This document shows, in pieces, positions 29,925 to 30,610 of a DNA stretch of 30,610 bases (position 1 is its first letter; every line of letters starts with the position of its first letter). The notes beneath the pieces were generated by a model that was given only the letters and a program-made list of their open reading frames with translations, ran no database searches and had not been told where the DNA came from. This DNA comes from Octopus sinensis. Its lineage: Eukaryota. The stretch is taken from NCBI RefSeq assembly GCF_006345805.1, contig NW_021833127.1:1-30610 (forward strand), read 5' to 3'. The translations under genes were made by a program, and so were the position numbers.

Positions 29925-30171
29925 GTTGGGGGATAGTGGTCAAGAACACGGGGGAGAAAATATTCTTTTGGAATCTGCGTAGCATAATTTAAAGAGCAGC
30001 AGATGTTGATAATCTCTACATATAATCTCTCTCTCTCTCTCTCTCCCCCCTATATATTATATATATATTATATATATATATATATATATAAACTTTCAAA
30101 ATGTGACCTCGTGTGTACCGTTGGCGATTTTTTCCCTCCGTCTTCCCTTCTCTGGATCTTTCCTTCTCTAT

Positions 30172-30207
30172 GTTTCCGACGAAGAGCTCCGCTCGGAAAC
30201 GTTAAAC
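30172..30207 (+). ncRNA. Hammerhead-like motif, third sequence family (variant core)
   Basis: gttt-CCGACGA-A-gagc(tcc)gctc-g-GAAA-CG-T-T-aaac. Helix I gttt/aaac, helix II 4 bp, same ACGU palindromic helix III as family F; U4C and one extra G. Confidence 0.5.
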
Positions 30208-30302
30208 CCTCCTCTTTCCTGAGCGTCCAATAATACTATATTTGTTCCACATCCTCGCGTTGTTGTGTTTTTTTGTGCTTTCTTGTTTGGATTAACTACA
30301 TA

Positions 30303-30335
<33 letters not shown>

Positions 30336-30354
30336 ATATATATATATATATATA

Positions 30355-30537
30355 TCTTTATATATAAAGCTGAAGTTTGTCTGTGTGTGTATGGCAGGTT
30401 TGGTAGCCTTCATCTAACACTATCTCCTCTGAGACCCTGTGGCACAAGTTGACCAAAATTGAGAGTATGATATAAAGAAGGCTTGCTCTTCATTCCGTAG
30501 AAGAAAAATTTCAAATCAGACCATGCTAACACCAAAA
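30355..30537 (+). mobile_element. Helitron 5' portion
   Basis: A|TCtttatatataaagctgaag start; homologous to the reverse complement of 9385-9560. Confidence 0.75.
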
Positions 30538-30610
30538 TGATTTATAGTCCTCCAGGCAATAACAGAGGAATTCAAAACAGGTTGCCCCTGGGAGCTCCTC
30601 TATGCTGATG

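Overview
Repeat-saturated eukaryotic genomic DNA, most likely intronic or intergenic. The mix of (TA)n/(CA)n/(CAT)n microsatellites and short retroposon families looks like an octopus genome; this is pattern recognition, not a database result. No complete gene is present, and nearly all ORFs in the track are translations of microsatellites or repeats. Family letters A-G below are my own labels. Main content: (1) many 5'-truncated RTE-clade LINE ends with (GAT)n tails, four of which keep the ORF2 C-terminus; (2) several tRNA-headed SINE families that share modules; (3) a CR1-clade LINE 3' end; (4) mariner relics, including one element built from two inward-facing 5' ends; (5) three pieces of a non-autonomous Helitron; (6) tandem duplications, minisatellites and long inverted repeats; (7) three unrelated short repeat families that each carry a minimal type-I hammerhead-ribozyme fold, one lying directly behind a tRNA-like Pol III head. 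A few unique, CpG-richer islands with minus-strand splice donors may be exons of a host gene (low confidence). The most interesting signal is the set of hammerhead-bearing elements.
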